The notes beneath the pieces were generated by a model. The model was given only the letters and a program-made list of their open reading frames with translations. It had not been told where the DNA came from and did no database searches. Below are positions 24,753 to 40,101 of a DNA stretch of 64,000 nt, in pieces. A program made the position numbers and the translations under genes. Source of the DNA: Octopus sinensis (Eukaryota); the NCBI RefSeq assembly GCF_006345805.1, contig NC_043006.1, positions 51,274,001 to 51,338,000 on the forward strand, read 5' to 3'. Every line of letters begins with the position of its first letter. Positions within the stretch are counted from its first letter, which is position 1.

Positions 24753-25939
24753 ATGTCTGTGACGTGATCACGAGTCTTTGCCAATCGGTTGCACGACTAT
24801 TTTGGAGGTATGGTTTAGGAGATTTGTTGCGACTTGGAAGATTTTTGTTGGATGTAGCCCAATAATTAGAGATCGCCGCAATGTGAGCAGTGGATGTGTC
24901 TGTATGCTTTTAAAAGAGAGACATTTTTTTCTATGATAACATATCTAGATAGGTGTAGCATTCAGATACAATGATGTATGCTGAGGATAATGATTATATT
25001 AGTAGTGAGAATAATATCAATCGTAGTAGTTCGGTGGTAATGATGATGATGATGATTCCGCAGTCACCCCTGACATCCAGGGGTGAAAAGCATCTCAGCT
25101 GAGACAACGCAGTCTTTTTATGTGTTGGTAAGAACTACATTATCTAACATGCTCATTGCTTATGAATGACAGTAGGAGCCCTTTGGAAAGAGATTGAACT
25201 GCTAAAGCAGGTTGGGCGTCAACGCAGAGCCCCCCCCCCACTACTAGTCGTCGTCGTAGTAGTAGTTATTTAAACACAGGCAAACCTTGGTCAAAGCGCT
25301 CCGACCATGACCACTCCATCATGTTTTATATTTTTTAAATATGTATTTCTGATCACTTAGAAATATATATTTCTGATATATAAGGACTATTTGAGGAAGA
25401 TTAGGATGCTATACCGAGCAAGTCGAGCGGCTACACACGGGAGTACTCGTAAGGACGGTGATGGTGATGATTAAAACGGACGTGAAAAAGAGCTGTAGTG
25501 AACTATCAACGGGTATAATAAAGCAGAAGAATAAGAACTATGTTGTTTATGAGTAATTGTATTGTGGACGGGTACTGTATATATGTGTAGCCACGTGTGT
25601 ATGTGTGTGGTCAATCGGATTAGATTGTAAGAAAAAATGAAAGAATAATTAAAACTAAGCAGTCAGTAATGTAGTAAGCAAGTAAGAAACAGAGAGAAAG
25701 ACAGAGAGAGAGAGAGAGGCAGGGAGGGAGGGAGAGAGAGAGAGAAATAAAAGGGGGTGGGGAAAGAAAGATAGACTGTAAACGAGTGAGGATCGGCAGT
25801 GAAATCTAATAATATTGCCTGTTTCCAACAGAATTGTCAGCACGAACGAGGGGGAGGGCGCCAACGAATCGGTGATGTAGACAGTGGGAGATAAAATAAA
25901 AGTGGGTAGTTGGGGGAGGGGGGGGGTAGGGTTGACTAC

Positions 25940-25975
25940 TATATAAGCGAGGTTTCACGCATTAGCAGCAGTTTT
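25940..25975 (+). promoter_or_regulatory. Alpha-tubulin core promoter: TATA box and Inr-like start
   Basis: TATATAAG at 25940-25947; GCAGTTT with the A at 25970, 30 nt downstream; GA-rich tract upstream at ~25690-25750. Confidence 0.7.
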
Positions 25976-26101
25976 CAAACTCACGAACGATACCTCATAT
26001 CTGTGTGAGCACGAACGCTGTTAATTTACCACCCCCAAAACCTCACAGAATCTCTTTAATTCTTCGCTTCCTCTCTTCAACTGAAAAGACATCAAGACAA
26101 C

Positions 26102-26104
26102 ATG
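26102..26104 (+). CDS. TUBA: Alpha-tubulin exon 1 (ATG only)
   Basis: ACAACATG followed by a GTAAGT donor. An ATG-only first coding exon is canonical for metazoan alpha-tubulins. Splicing to 30482 restores MREC and a total CDS of 1353 nt. Confidence 0.85.
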
Positions 26105-29100
26105 GTAAGTTATAATAACAATGATAACTGACAGTTATTGCTGTTATATTCAAATTATTATTATTTCATTTACGCACAACAGATAAGTCCGTTCGAAAAA
26201 ATTCCTAACATCGCGTTAATTACTATTAGCAAATATCTTCCCTATTGGGAAGGCTCATTGCATCCCGTTTTTTTTTCTCTCCCCGTAATAGATTCTGCGT
26301 AAATACCAGCCATTTCTGTCATAGGTTTGCTATATCTGTTCCAATTCTGCCGAATAACTTTTGTACTTCCGAAGTCGGAGAAACGGAGTCAAGCACTAAG
26401 TGCAATTTAACTATATCTCACCCCAACTAAAATTTGTGGCATTGTGCATTATGTCAGTAATTAGCCTGTTAAGGGCATAAGCACTTAGGTGGAACCTTTT
26501 GTACAGAATGTAGGCCAACTGTTTGCTTGGCATTCTTCGATATTTTTTCCTCATACCTCGTTTCAGGAACTATAAATGATTGGGACTATTTTTGTGTCCA
26601 TTATTTCACAACGTTTGAAATTATATCGAGTTGAATCATTATTTCGCCTTCTTACCATGGTCTTGTCATTTATAGAAGCTACATCGTTTAGTGTACAAAA
26701 CCGTGTTTGAAGTCTCCCATAATAACTGTTGAATAAGTAATTAACCAGAGGCATTCAAGTGTTTGAGATCTTTTTCCCTACTTAACACTCGTTCTTTAAA
26801 ACATTTTATATTCTAGGATATTTTACAGGAACGTAAATTGACTAGTATTTCATTTTTTTTTTCTTCTTTATTACCACCAGAAAGATAGGCAGTTTCCCTC
26901 GGTGGGATGTAGCTAAATGCCGCAAAGGAATTTTGCCCTACGCTTTAGCGAATCTTTCTACTGACGTGGTTGTTATTATCCTTTCCATGTGGGGTAGGAG
27001 ATCAATAAATTAAATTTCCAATCTAGGAATGTAGTCGACTAAATCGATCGCCTGCACCACCGCCACAGATTTGTGGTTGTACTGATGTAAGTCTGGAAAC
27101 TAATTTGAAAAATCTCGATGCGCTATTTTGCACATCATTTAGCCACAAATTTTGCTTTCTTCATTTATGCATTGAGCAAACAAAATCGTCAAATCCCATA
27201 AAAAGTGAGAAAATAACAAGTGCCCTTCCCTATCACTGCTGTACAAAATACTTGCGATTTCCTCTTGCTTCAACCGCCCATGTGCTGCTAGTCTGTGATG
27301 AGTTCGCCTCTTCGTGATAGTTTTTTTTTTTTTTTTTTTTTTCGAGGGAAGTAATTTCTCATTATTTTTAAAAGTTTGTGTAAAATTATTGTTCCTCGAG
27401 GAATAATGAGAATAACCGATTTATATTCAAATCACGGTGGACCTTCAGAATAGCTATTACTACCTCATGTGGAAGGAAAAGAGCAGATTTTTTTTATATA
27501 TAGTATTCCTTCATTTCATAAAAGAATTACGATACGAAATATTTTTTTCATTCAATTTCAATTTTAAAAGAATATTCAGGAATATTCACAATTCGTTCCC
27601 CCTTTTCTTCCCTGTGAGGTAGTGATAGCTTGCTCAAATTGCTATGTAAATTTTGTAATTCTTCATTTGTAGTATATTTCAAAACTTTTCCCATACCTCG
27701 TGAGAACGAACATCGCTTCACTGAATGGAATAGCGTCGCGCGCTGAAAAATAGACGTTGCTTTTGCTAATAATACCTGCAATCAACAGCCGCTAAGCAAA
27801 TTTCCACTGAATGAATATGATCATCATGTACAGATAGTTCATTAGAAATTTAAGAATGAATGATTCGTGTGGAGAGAATGTACAAAAGTGTTCTCTGCGT
27901 TTGTAGAAATAATTTAATTCTTAATTGTGGGTTTTGAAAACATGAATGGCTTTAAATTAGTTTTCCAGCCTCATCCACAGCGATTTATAAATTGCGTTTA
28001 GTTGTATAGACGTTTCATGTATCTATGCGCAAAAATTAAATTTGATTGCCAATATTTTGAACAATAATTGTAAGAATAGAATATTTGGCCTCGTATTGTT
28101 AATTTGTTCCTGGTCATTTCGCCTTTTGTGAATTATAGACAATGGCTATTACTACTCGCATTGTCTAGAAAACGTTCGCTCTTGTGGCAGCGCTAATTCA
28201 AATCACTTGTCTTACATGCAGCACACACCTGACTATCATCAGTAACAGTTTTTAAACAAGATCTGAAATTCCTGAAAAAAATGTTAAATATTACAGTGTG
28301 CCGCTTATTCCGAAATAATTGGCTTTTAATTTAGGTGTAGAAATGTTATTTCTGCATTGACTTTGACCTAAGTCTTGATTAGAATATTAAATCAACTCCA
28401 GTACATTAACGTATTTTATTTTTACTGGGCTGCGGAAGGGTGAAAAGTAAAGTTATCAACGTACGGCGGTTTTTTTTGGCGGCAAGACATTTTTGTCCGA
28501 CACTATATTACGAATTTCCATTTCGTAATTTGGTGGCATAAAGTGACAATTTAAAAATAAGTGAATATAATTATTTTCGTTTATTAAATTTCTGTTGTAT
28601 AAACCAAATCCGTTTAATAAGATTTAAGTACAGTTTTCTTTGTAGTAATCATCAGGATAAAGTCGTTAGATTAGAAAGGCGGGTGCTATTATCTGTATCA
28701 TCAGCTGCTAGTTTGTTAGATGTTAAAACAGGATTTTAGGTTGTCTGACAGTTGACTCACCAAGAAAGGATTTTCGAATACTTTCAACTGCCCCCTCCCT
28801 TACTCCACTCAATGTATGTATGTGGGTGTGAATAGATACCACGCAGCAAACTCCGCCATTTTTAAATATCTTTTTACATCCTCCACCTCTCTAGTAACTT
28901 GACCGTAACGGTCAATCCTTTGCGACGTGCTAGAAATAGCAGCTAAATCATCATACTCTATTCTCTTAAAAAAAAAAGATTCCAAGTCATTAATACACAC
29001 TTAAGTTCCATCATTATCATCTGTTGAAAGCTATTTGTCATCATTTCGTGCCTCGTGATTGCATTGCGGAAGAAATGCCGCATTCGCAACCGCTATATAC

Positions 29101-30457
29101 CAAAACTGTTATCATTTTGACCTGAACGGCGGGGTTGGGAGAAATTAAAATTATTGATTATTGGCTATATGTACATTATGAACCATTGTCTATATGATAC
29201 CTTCAGATGTTCTGCTAGTATTAGTCATCACTTTTAAGCTAAGCCACTCGAACCATCAGCCATTATTTCTAGGTTGGTCTGGTACAGTATTCGAAACTTC
29301 TGCGACTACTACGTGTGAGAATGACTGAGAGGAACGTGACATGCCGCATTTTTTTTTTTTTTTTTTTTAACAGACGAACATTAGTTTCAGAAGCCTTTGT
29401 CTTAGGAAAGTTTTATTTATTTATTTATTTTTATAAATTATGATATACCATATTTCGTTCTTGTTGATTCGTCCCGCCTTATGAATAATATCCCAAATAA
29501 TTGCAAAGAAAAACGTCAGTGCTTTTTAAATTGAATAAAATGTAATCTTTTGCCTGCATTTGCGTAAATGTTTTAAAGTGCTGAAATTATGTCAGTTAAT
29601 AAGAGTCTAAGAGTAAACGAATTTATATGAAATCTGGCTTTTTCCGATGGCGTTATTGCTGTTTACCATGATTTTTTAAAGGAGGGTATATTAACCAACA
29701 ACCCGGTGGGGGAGGTGGGGAGCATAATTAAGAAATTCGTTTCAGAACCATGTAGTCACGAATTCGATCGATCCCACTGCAGTGCCGTATAGTGTTTTCT
29801 GCAATATTTTCGTATTGGCTAACCTGTGAGAAGAATTTGATTGTGATTAGTTTCAACATATAAGTGAATTTCGGCGGTTTAATAAAAAAAAAAAAAAAAA
29901 AAAAAAGTAACCAAAAAAAGAACTTTACGCAGTCTCTCCCACTCCTAAGAAATTGACGTTATACATTTAGTATTATATGTACAGAGGCTTCGTCGGTTGG
30001 ACGAGCTTTTTATTTGCAGTATTATATATTCCTGCGAGTTGGAAGAATCATTAGCGCGCCGGGCAAAGTGCTTAGTGGCATTTCGTCCGTTTGCGAGTTC
30101 GAATTCCGCCGATGTCGACTTTTCCTTCTCGGGTTGATAAAGGAAGTATCAATTGAGTACTGAGGTCGGTGTAATCGATCTAATCTCCTCGAAAGTTTCA
30201 GACTTTGTACCTACAGTAGAATTTTATTTTGGTGTCTATTCATAGAGCTGAAGCCAAGTGCCAAGCAATTTCATTTCTCAAAAGACTTACGTTCTTATGT
30301 GGAAAGCCACTATCATCTGTTCTGTTTTATCTGTTATGCATCTAGAATTAATATTGCAACTCGAGTATGCGGCTAAGATTATTATTTAGTTGCTATTATC
30401 AACTAGAGGAATGTAATATTTGTCAATTCCTTGATCGATTGAGTTTTTTTGTTTTAA

Positions 30458-30781
<324 letters not shown>

Positions 30782-30793
30782 TGATTCAAATGA

Positions 30794-31945
<1,152 letters not shown>

Positions 31946-31982
31946 ATAATTTAAAAACGGTGGCACAAAAGAGCTAGCTGAA

Positions 31983-31988
31983 AATAAA
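31983..31988 (+). terminator. Candidate poly(A) signal of alpha-tubulin
   Basis: AATAAA 37 nt after the stop, with a U-rich tract shortly downstream; more distal sites are not excluded. Confidence 0.5.
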
Positions 31989-32669
31989 AGCAATCATATC
32001 AGCTACAAAGTTTTTTGTTTTACTTAATTTTTTTCAATGGTTTTAACACTAGCGAGAAATTAAACAGTAAGGAAAAGTAGAAGCCAATGACTTCACATTT
32101 TAAAGTGAATGAACTCTGGTCGTTTGTTTTATAACTACATTGATGAAACTAAATTGCATGAAAAGTAAAAATTAACTATTGAGAATCTTTAAAATCTGTT
32201 TTGTATATATCAGCAAAAGCTAGGAAATGTTACAAGGGGTGGATGATGGTAATACTTGTAGCTATGTATTCAAAATACTGGCAACTAAAAGCATTTGAGC
32301 TACCTGGTAATCATGCAGCTTGTTGGACATTAGTTAAATATCCATTAAACTCCTGAAGAAAGAGGCATTTATTAATGTAATCCTTAACGTAATGTCTAAA
32401 AGATGAGATGGTCATGGCTGTAATATCTCTGGAGTTCACTAGAAGCATTTTTAACCTGACAAGAGACGTCATTTCTGAGTTCTAGCATGTTCCTTCCCAC
32501 CTAAAGATTTTTTCAATTTTGATTTACAAATTATTTATGCTTAGTTGTATGTACATTGACTTTTTTGTCTTTTCCTCACCATGACATTGGTAAATACCTC
32601 TAGCATGGAGAATGGGTGTTTATTGTATACAAAATTTGGTTATTTGAAGATACAAAAACTAAATTTCTA

Positions 32670-32955
32670 ATGTTTCTTATTTCGTTATTGCCCACGGAGG
32701 GGACAGACAAAAGTGATTGTCAATGATATCAACCTTGGCAGAATTTGAATTCAGAATGTAATGGCAGACGAAATACTTATTTCTTTACTACCCACATGGG
32801 TCTAAACACAGAGAGGACAGGCTAAGTCGATTATACCGACCTCAGTGCGTAACTGGTACTTATTTAATTGACCATGAAAGGTAAGGTTGACCTTGGCAGA
32901 ATTTGAACTCAGAACGTACCGGCACACAAAATACCGCTAAGCATTTCACCCGGCG
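32670..32955 (-). mobile_element. Decayed two-unit family A SINE array
   Basis: Two B box/core copies joined at GACGAAATAC-TTATTTCTTT; CpG sites are decayed. Confidence 0.75.
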
Positions 32956-34069
32956 GAAGGAAGATAATTTGAATTCAGTAAGCTAAATTTACAGGATTAG
33001 GGGAAAAAATCAAAATTTTGTTTAGTGTACAACTATGCACATAATTTGGTCTTATTGGTCAGCATACAGTAAAGTGATGTGGGCATAAAAGGCTTACAAA
33101 TGAAATCTCTCGTGGGGAGATAATATTGCTTGTAACTATGTAAAGGCATGGTTGCATGATTAAATTTTGAAACCAAGTTTAGCCTTTGACCGAACTGCAT
33201 TGCACAATTGTCTTAGTTCACTAATCCTTGTAAGTGGAATTTAGAAGATGGTACTTATCCAGTTATATTATCTGTGACAAGCTGGTCCTTTACAAACTAT
33301 AGATGTTATCGGAAGTCACTTGGATATCTCGTATCCTTAGAAATGCAGTGACAGGCCTGTTGATGTAACCAGTTCCATTAAATGGCTTGGCTGCTAATAT
33401 ATGTACCCTTAAATCTCAGCAATTAACAGAAATATATTTTCCTAATCACTGACTTTTTTAAAAAGAATCTATATTTAAGCTTGATATTTGAGATATTGAT
33501 GGATTTGGCTGTTTCATTTTTTGTTCCCAAACGTTGCTCTGGTTGAATTCCAGACCAAATTTATAGCATTATTCTAGGACGCATTTCCAATAATTAATTG
33601 TGCCACAATTATGTCTATTGAGGAAAGCCTCAGCAAATGAGAGGATGTGTGAAGACCTAGGGCAACGAAGTTGCTATGCTTTGCTGGATGTGCAACAGTT
33701 CTGGTGTATTGAGGAAAAACTTGGGCATAAAAGGTAGTGTGCACTAGTTAGGTCACGTGGTGCAGATTTGGAAAGTTGTAGGAAGACCTGGATGATCACG
33801 GAATGACTGAAATATTGGTGCATTGCTGTACTGGAGACCTGTCCACCACAATTGATATCCTGAAGCGAAGTCCCCAAATACACTATAGTGGTTGGTGTTA
33901 AGATGGGCATCCAGTTGTAAAAGCCAAGCAAAAGTACTATTGAATCTGGTGTGGCCCTGCCAGTTCCTGTCAATCCATCTAATCTTTGGAAAACTGGCAT
34001 TGAATGCAATCAAGTTACTTGTGACCTGCTGTACAATGCTGCCATTGCAATTATCAAGATGGAGGTCAT

Positions 34070-34189
34070 CTGTGACCTCTTCGTAATAATTCTCCAGAGC
34101 TACCAAATTTGAGAACTTAGTGTCAAATCGAAAGTTCACTAAGTTTTCAAATTTGGTAGCTCTGGAGAATTATTACGAAGAGGTCACAG
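34070..34189. repeat. Near-perfect inverted repeat (53-bp stem, 14-nt loop)
   Basis: 34070-34122 pairs with 34137-34189 with a single mismatch (G-U compatible on +). Confidence 0.95.
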
Positions 34190-34849
34190 TTGATATATTT
34201 TTACTAGACGTTATACTAAATTGAAAGATGTATATAAAAATTTTTTCGTTCATATATTTTACCTGCAAGAAAGAAGCCTAAGCTAACTTAATCAATTTGC
34301 AGAAAAAAAACAATAGTAAAAATTTATACATTTAATGGAAGAGACATTAAGCTCTTTGGTAATTTTTTTTTCCATGCGCATATTTAGATTGACCTCCCTC
34401 GTATACCACCATTAAATAAAAACTTATTCCTTATCTGGATTTCGTTCTAAAATGGTACGAAAGGAATTTTATCAGTCATTTGAATTATCGCCCTTGGACT
34501 TCATGGTACAAGCAAATTTAAACATCCTGTGGGCCTGTGATTAAAAGCAGTCCTTGCATTGACATATAACTATTATCAGATAATGTAGGACTACATTATC
34601 TGATATCATACTTATTTAAAACGATAATGTGTGTTTTGAGAGACTTGGTTCCTATTTCTAACACGTGTTTCAAAAGAGGGTTAATTGGTGATAATGGTCG
34701 TTAAGGAGTTTTGCCTTTAAATGCAATACTGAAATGAGAAACTAACATATCAAATAGTACATTTTAGGATTAATATTTCTGTCAAACTGGAATTTCAGCT
34801 ACTCAAGGAGTGAATTTGGTGCTGCTTTGCAGACACGTAGTAGTAGTAG

Positions 34850-35340
34850 TCAGCTGCCACCTGCCTTGATATCTAGTTTCCATGGTGTTAGTATCTTGGA
34901 AGCTTTCTCCTTGCTCATCATTCATTGAACCAAGATTTACAGGGAATGCACTTTTACACTCATGTTGCAGTCCTGTGCTCGAAGACTGAACAGGATCTGC
35001 ATAAATTCTTTATGATTTGACCACTTCCTGATTCCTAGGAAATTAGACACAGCAGCAAAAGCATTCGATGCTTTTTTTTTTTTTTTTTTTTTCAATGCTT
35101 GACATAGTCTCCAAAAACTACTCACCCTGCAATAGCTGCCTAATCTGACATACCTTAATTTTCTAACAAGGCAAAGCTAGAAACTTTCTGCTTAAGTATT
35201 TCAAAAAAAAAAAAAGTCTCAGTGTCTCCCTGTCTCCTACATTACACACTATATGGGGTACTCACTGTTTCATGTCAAAGTAAGGTAAGCTTTCTTTACA
35301 AAATCTGATTTTTTTTTTTTCCCTGCCTAGCTAAAGTGTA
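34850..35340 (-). mobile_element. Decayed Chapaev3-like (CMC) transposase fragment
   Basis: Minus frames give NFLG...QDCNMSVKVH and NLGSMNDEQGESFQDTNTMETRYQGRW, the same motif seen in the 40678-42740 element. Confidence 0.6.
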
Positions 35341-35770
35341 ACATCCACAAATACAGCAGACATTGGGATTGCTTTTGCATTTTCTTCTCTCACAACTGGT
35401 TGTACTTCTGAAATATGAAACGTGTATTCAAGCCAGTTGTTACCGGAGAAAAGCATTTCTCAAAAATGTCAAGTTACATCATCATCATTTAACGTCCGCT
35501 TTCCATGCTAGCGTGGGTTGGATGGTTCAACTGGGGTCTGGGAAGCCAGGAGGCAGCACCAGGCCCAGTCTGGTCTGGCAGTGTTTCTACAGCTGGATGC
35601 CCTTCCTAATGCCAACCACTCCGTGAGTGTAGTGGGTGCTTTCTACGTGGTGCCAGGCGAGGCTGGCAACAGACACGATCGGTTGGTGCTTTTTATGTGC
35701 CACTGACACGGAGGCCAGTCGAGGTGATGCTGGCAACGGCTACGTTCGGATGGTTCTTTTATGTGCCACC

Positions 35771-35997
35771 ATGTAAGGCGGCGAGCTGGCAGAAGCTTTA
35801 GCACGCCGGGCGAAAGGCGTAGCCGTATTTCGTCTGCCGCTACGTTGTGAGTTCAAATTCCGCCGAGGTCAACTTTGCCTTTCATCCTTTCGGGGTCGAT
35901 AAATTAAGTACCAGTTACTCACTGGGGTAGATGTAATCGACTTTATCCCTTTGTTTGTCCCCTCTATGTTTAGCCCCTTGTGGGCAATAAAGAAATA
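35771..35997 (+). mobile_element. Full-length family A SINE (long tail) inserted in an older repeat
   Basis: 16-bp TSD TCTTTTATGTGCCACC at 35755-35770 and 35998-36013. Confidence 0.9.
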
Positions 35998-37881
35998 TCT
36001 TTTATGTGCCACCGGCACTGGTATCACAACTACAATTTCCATTGATTTTTGAGCGATTTTGATTCCGATACAAATTAAGGAAATTCAGATTTGTGATGGT
36101 AAAGTTCCATAAGGAGCATATATGTTCTTTGACCAAGCTAGACAAAAAAATAACTTTGACTCATGTGACCTCATTATTTCAACATTAAGTGGCCATTCAA
36201 ATTACCAGAATTTTAACTATTTCTATTTCTTATGAAATAGAGGGTTCAGCATCACATGTCTCACCTGGTTTGCAATGATAGTCACACTAAATCAGGCACT
36301 GGGCATACCTACAAATTAAAAAAATATGAAACATGATGTCAAGGACCACAGCAACATGTTTATTAACATCTGATTATATACAGAACATTTCTATTATGAA
36401 ATTTAAAACTGGTTATATTGAAAACAGTGAAAATTGCTTAAGTTTGGTGCTTTTTATTCACTGAAGATATTTAAAATCATGACTTTTGTAGTTGCATTTG
36501 CTTTAAATGACAGTGAAAAAGAAACTGTTTTCTAAGTTATGTCTAGTTCCTTATGTGTATCTGCATTTGATGCAGCCAAATCTGTCCTTAGATATGGTGA
36601 CAACCCTGGAAATGATGAAAAATAGATATTTGAATTTGAAAAATCTTGATGTGACAGAGCTAAACAGATTTCATTTTTAAAACTGGCACCCCCAAATTAC
36701 TAGGAAACATCTCCAGCACAAAACAAAAACCAATGTTTCCTAGTGTAGTCTATCATTACTTGAAAGAAATCTGCTCAGAGGATGTGGCGTGTCTTTTATC
36801 TCACCCAACAAACAGGATACATGCAGTCACTTTCGGATGCAACAGTATCCTGCACCTGCTCATGGGGTACTCTGTGTTTAGATGGTGACATTCAACTTGT
36901 GCTGGTGGGTTGCTCATTGTATTTTATTTGTACTTATATATTCATACATACATCTGCATGTCCTATAACCTTTTGCAATATGTTTTTATATAAATTAATT
37001 TATTTTGGTGGTAAATTAAAAAAAAAAAGATTATTTGGATTGACAAAAACACCTTGCAGTGTTTAGGCAAGATCCTTTTTCAATCTCTGGAGATTTTGGT
37101 TGCTGTTAGCTACCGGCCGGGCATCCACGTAGAGACACCCTCACTCACTGCCATTGTAGCTGTACTCTTCAAAGTAACGATTTCAAATTTTTGCCACAAG
37201 GGGGAGGAGAATAAGTTGATTACATGGACCTCTGCGTAACTGGTACGTATTTAATCGACCCCAAAAGGATGAAGGCAAAGTCAACCTCAGCGGAATTTGA
37301 ACTCAGAATGTAGCAACAGAAGAAATACTGCTAAGCATTTTGCCAGCTTGTCACCTTATGTACCCTTCATGATAACAGCAATGGAAGCCGCCTATCATAA
37401 TCACACATAATGTTATCAGAGATCAAGCCTACTTACAGTATGTAGGTAATTACTGGGGTCGACATAATCAACTATCCCTTATCCCTATCCCCAAAATTTC
37501 AGGCCTTGTGCCTACAGTAGAAAGAATTATTTATATCACTCAAGTGGAGGGATGACAAAATCGTTAGAGTGTCAGTGGGATCAACTGACCCCTCCCCTCA
37601 AAAGTGTTGGCCTTGTGCCAAACTCCGAATTCATTTACTATTATCAAAGTGGTGAGCTGGCAGAATTGTTAGGGAGTTGACAAAACTACTTTGCAGAATT
37701 TTTTTCCAGCTCTTTACGTTCTGAGTTCACATCCTGCTGAGGCCAATTTTGCCTTTAGTCCCTATGAGGTCGATAATATAAATTGTCAATCAAGTACTGG
37801 GATTGATGATAATCCATTAATCCTCCTTTACTCAAAATTGCCGGCCTTGTGCCATATTTAGAAATTAGGGTTAGTAATATT

Positions 37882-38500
37882 TATTTCTTTATTGCTCACA
37901 AGGGGCTAAACATAGAGGGGACTGACAAAGGGATTAAGTCGATTACATCGACCCCAGTGCGTAACTGGTACTTGTTTAATCGACCCCGAAAGGATGAAAA
38001 GCAAAGTCAACCTCGGCGGAATTTGAACTCAGAACATAACGGTAGACGAAATACCTATTTCTTTACTACCCACAAGGGGCTAAACACAGAGGGGACAAAC
38101 TAGGACAGACAAACAGATTAAGTCGATTACATCGACTCCAGTGCGTAACTGGTACTTATTTAATCGACCCCGAAAGGATGAAAGGCAAAGTCGACCTCGG
38201 CGGAATTTGAACTCAGAACGTAACGGCAGACGAAATACTGCTGAGCATTTCGCCCGTCGTGCTAACGATTCTGCCAGCTCGCCGCCCAAGGGTTAGTAAT
38301 ATTAATACCGGCTGTAAGGCGGCGAGCTGGCAGAACTGTTAACACGACCGATTAAATACTTAGCAATATTACGTCTGTATTTATGTTGTGAATTCAAATT
38401 CTGTTGAGGTTGACTTTTCCTTTCATCCTTTCGGGGTCGATGTAATCGACTAGCACCCTTCCCCGAAATTGCTAGTTTTATGCTAAAATTTGAAACCTGT
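37882..38500. mobile_element. Two-unit family A SINE (-, 37882-38288) head-to-head with a + copy (38325-38500)
   Basis: 15-bp TSD AGGGTTAGTAATATT at 37867-37881 and 38289-38303. Confidence 0.85.
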
Positions 38501-38689
38501 ATCAGTACCGTTTTCACTTCATGCTATTATTATAGTTCTCTTGTCTGTCCTGATCTACTAGAACTGTAAAATGTATTCTGATCGTAACCATCCCGTATTT
38601 TATATTGTTTTTTATTTATCAAATGTTATTAATCGTTCCTTTATTCATTTATATCATACGGTGAGTTTTCGTTTATTTATTTGTTTAAT

Positions 38690-39170
38690 TTTTTAGTAAC
38701 AATCTTGTTAGGGACACCATTGCTGGTTTGCTGTGTATAGCAATCCCTACATGCGTGGATCTTCTTGACCAATGGCTTTGGAAACCATTTGGAACATTTG
38801 ATGTCTTCCATGCGAAATGAAACTTTTGTTGAGGTGACCACAAGGATTACGAACGAACTGTCTGGATCTTAACAATTCTAAATAGCTCTTTCTCATTACA
38901 AAGGTTTGGAAGCTTTGCGGATATATTATTGACCATATCAAAATATGTTACACGTAGTAAGCTCTCTTTTCGCATGACATCGGTGATTGTAGCTGTCGTC
39001 TTTATATTTATTAGTGGAATTTGCTTTTCATAATCACAAGGTCGTCAAACGATGATTGGATCCTAAATAAGCTCAGTTTATATTAAAAGTTATCATCCGG
39101 TTATTGTTATCTATGGTTCGAAAACTACTATCGTTACTTTAAAAAAAAAAATGAGAAATCAATTTTATAG
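38690..39170 (-). mobile_element. Helitron Rep-domain relic
   Basis: Minus frames give NNISAKLPNLCNEKELFRIVK, PCGHLN, MEDIKCSK and FPKPLVKK, matching the Helitron Rep pattern ISAELPD...LF.IVK..M.HGPCG..N..SPCM..GKC.K.YPK. Confidence 0.6.
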
Positions 39171-39967
39171 TGTAGGGGAGAGAACTCAATAGTATCCGCA
39201 CGATTTCAAAACCAGTTCAGATGTTTAGCATCTTTCACGAATAAGATTGTGTTGGGCGAGTATCTTCTTCTAGAGTTCAGGGATGACCAAATAACGAATA
39301 TTGGGCAGAAGACGTCTCAGTCATTACACTGCAGTCATGCCGGAGCATCACTTCGAGGAATTTTTAGTCGAATGAATTGACCCCAGTTCTTATTTTTTTA
39401 AAGTCTTGTAACTTATTCTATCGGTTTCTTTTGCCAGCCTGCTAAGTTGTGAAGCAATGGTGGGGGACAAACACAATGACACTCACACATAGATATACAT
39501 GACAGGCTTCTTTCAGTTTCTGTCTACCAAATCCACTCACAAGGCTTTGGTCGGCCCAAGGCTTTAGGAGTAGACACTTGCCTTAGGTACCACCCAGTGG
39601 AACTGAACCTGTAACCAAGTGTTTAGGAAGTAAACTACATTCCACACAGCCACGCCTGCGCCTATATATATATATGTATATATATGCATATATATATATA
39701 TATTTATTCATATATATATGTATGTATGAATATATATGTATATGTGTACATGTATGAATATGTATGTATTTATATATATATATGTGTATGTATATATATA
39801 TGCCTATATATGAATATATGTCTATATATATATATATATATTTATATATGTATGTATCTTATCTATCTATGTATATATATATATATTCGATGTAGTTAGC
39901 CAAGTTCATATTTTAACAGAGTGCTCATATGGTATCTGCTGAAATTTAAGATCCCTCCTCCTTTGCA

Positions 39968-40017
<50 letters not shown>

Positions 40018-40063
40018 TCATCATTATCCTTTAATGTCCATATTCCATGATGTTGGCATGGAT

Positions 40064-40101
<38 letters not shown>

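Noticed and set aside
33674-34139. Overlapping 111- and 128-aa minus-strand ORFs
   Set aside because: They run through decayed SINE-like sequence and the hairpin; no homology was recognised.
36811-36850. Short hairpin CAGGATAC...GTATCCTG as a pre-miRNA or H/ACA snoRNA
   Set aside because: The stem is only ~13 bp, and there is no convincing two-hairpin H/ACA layout.
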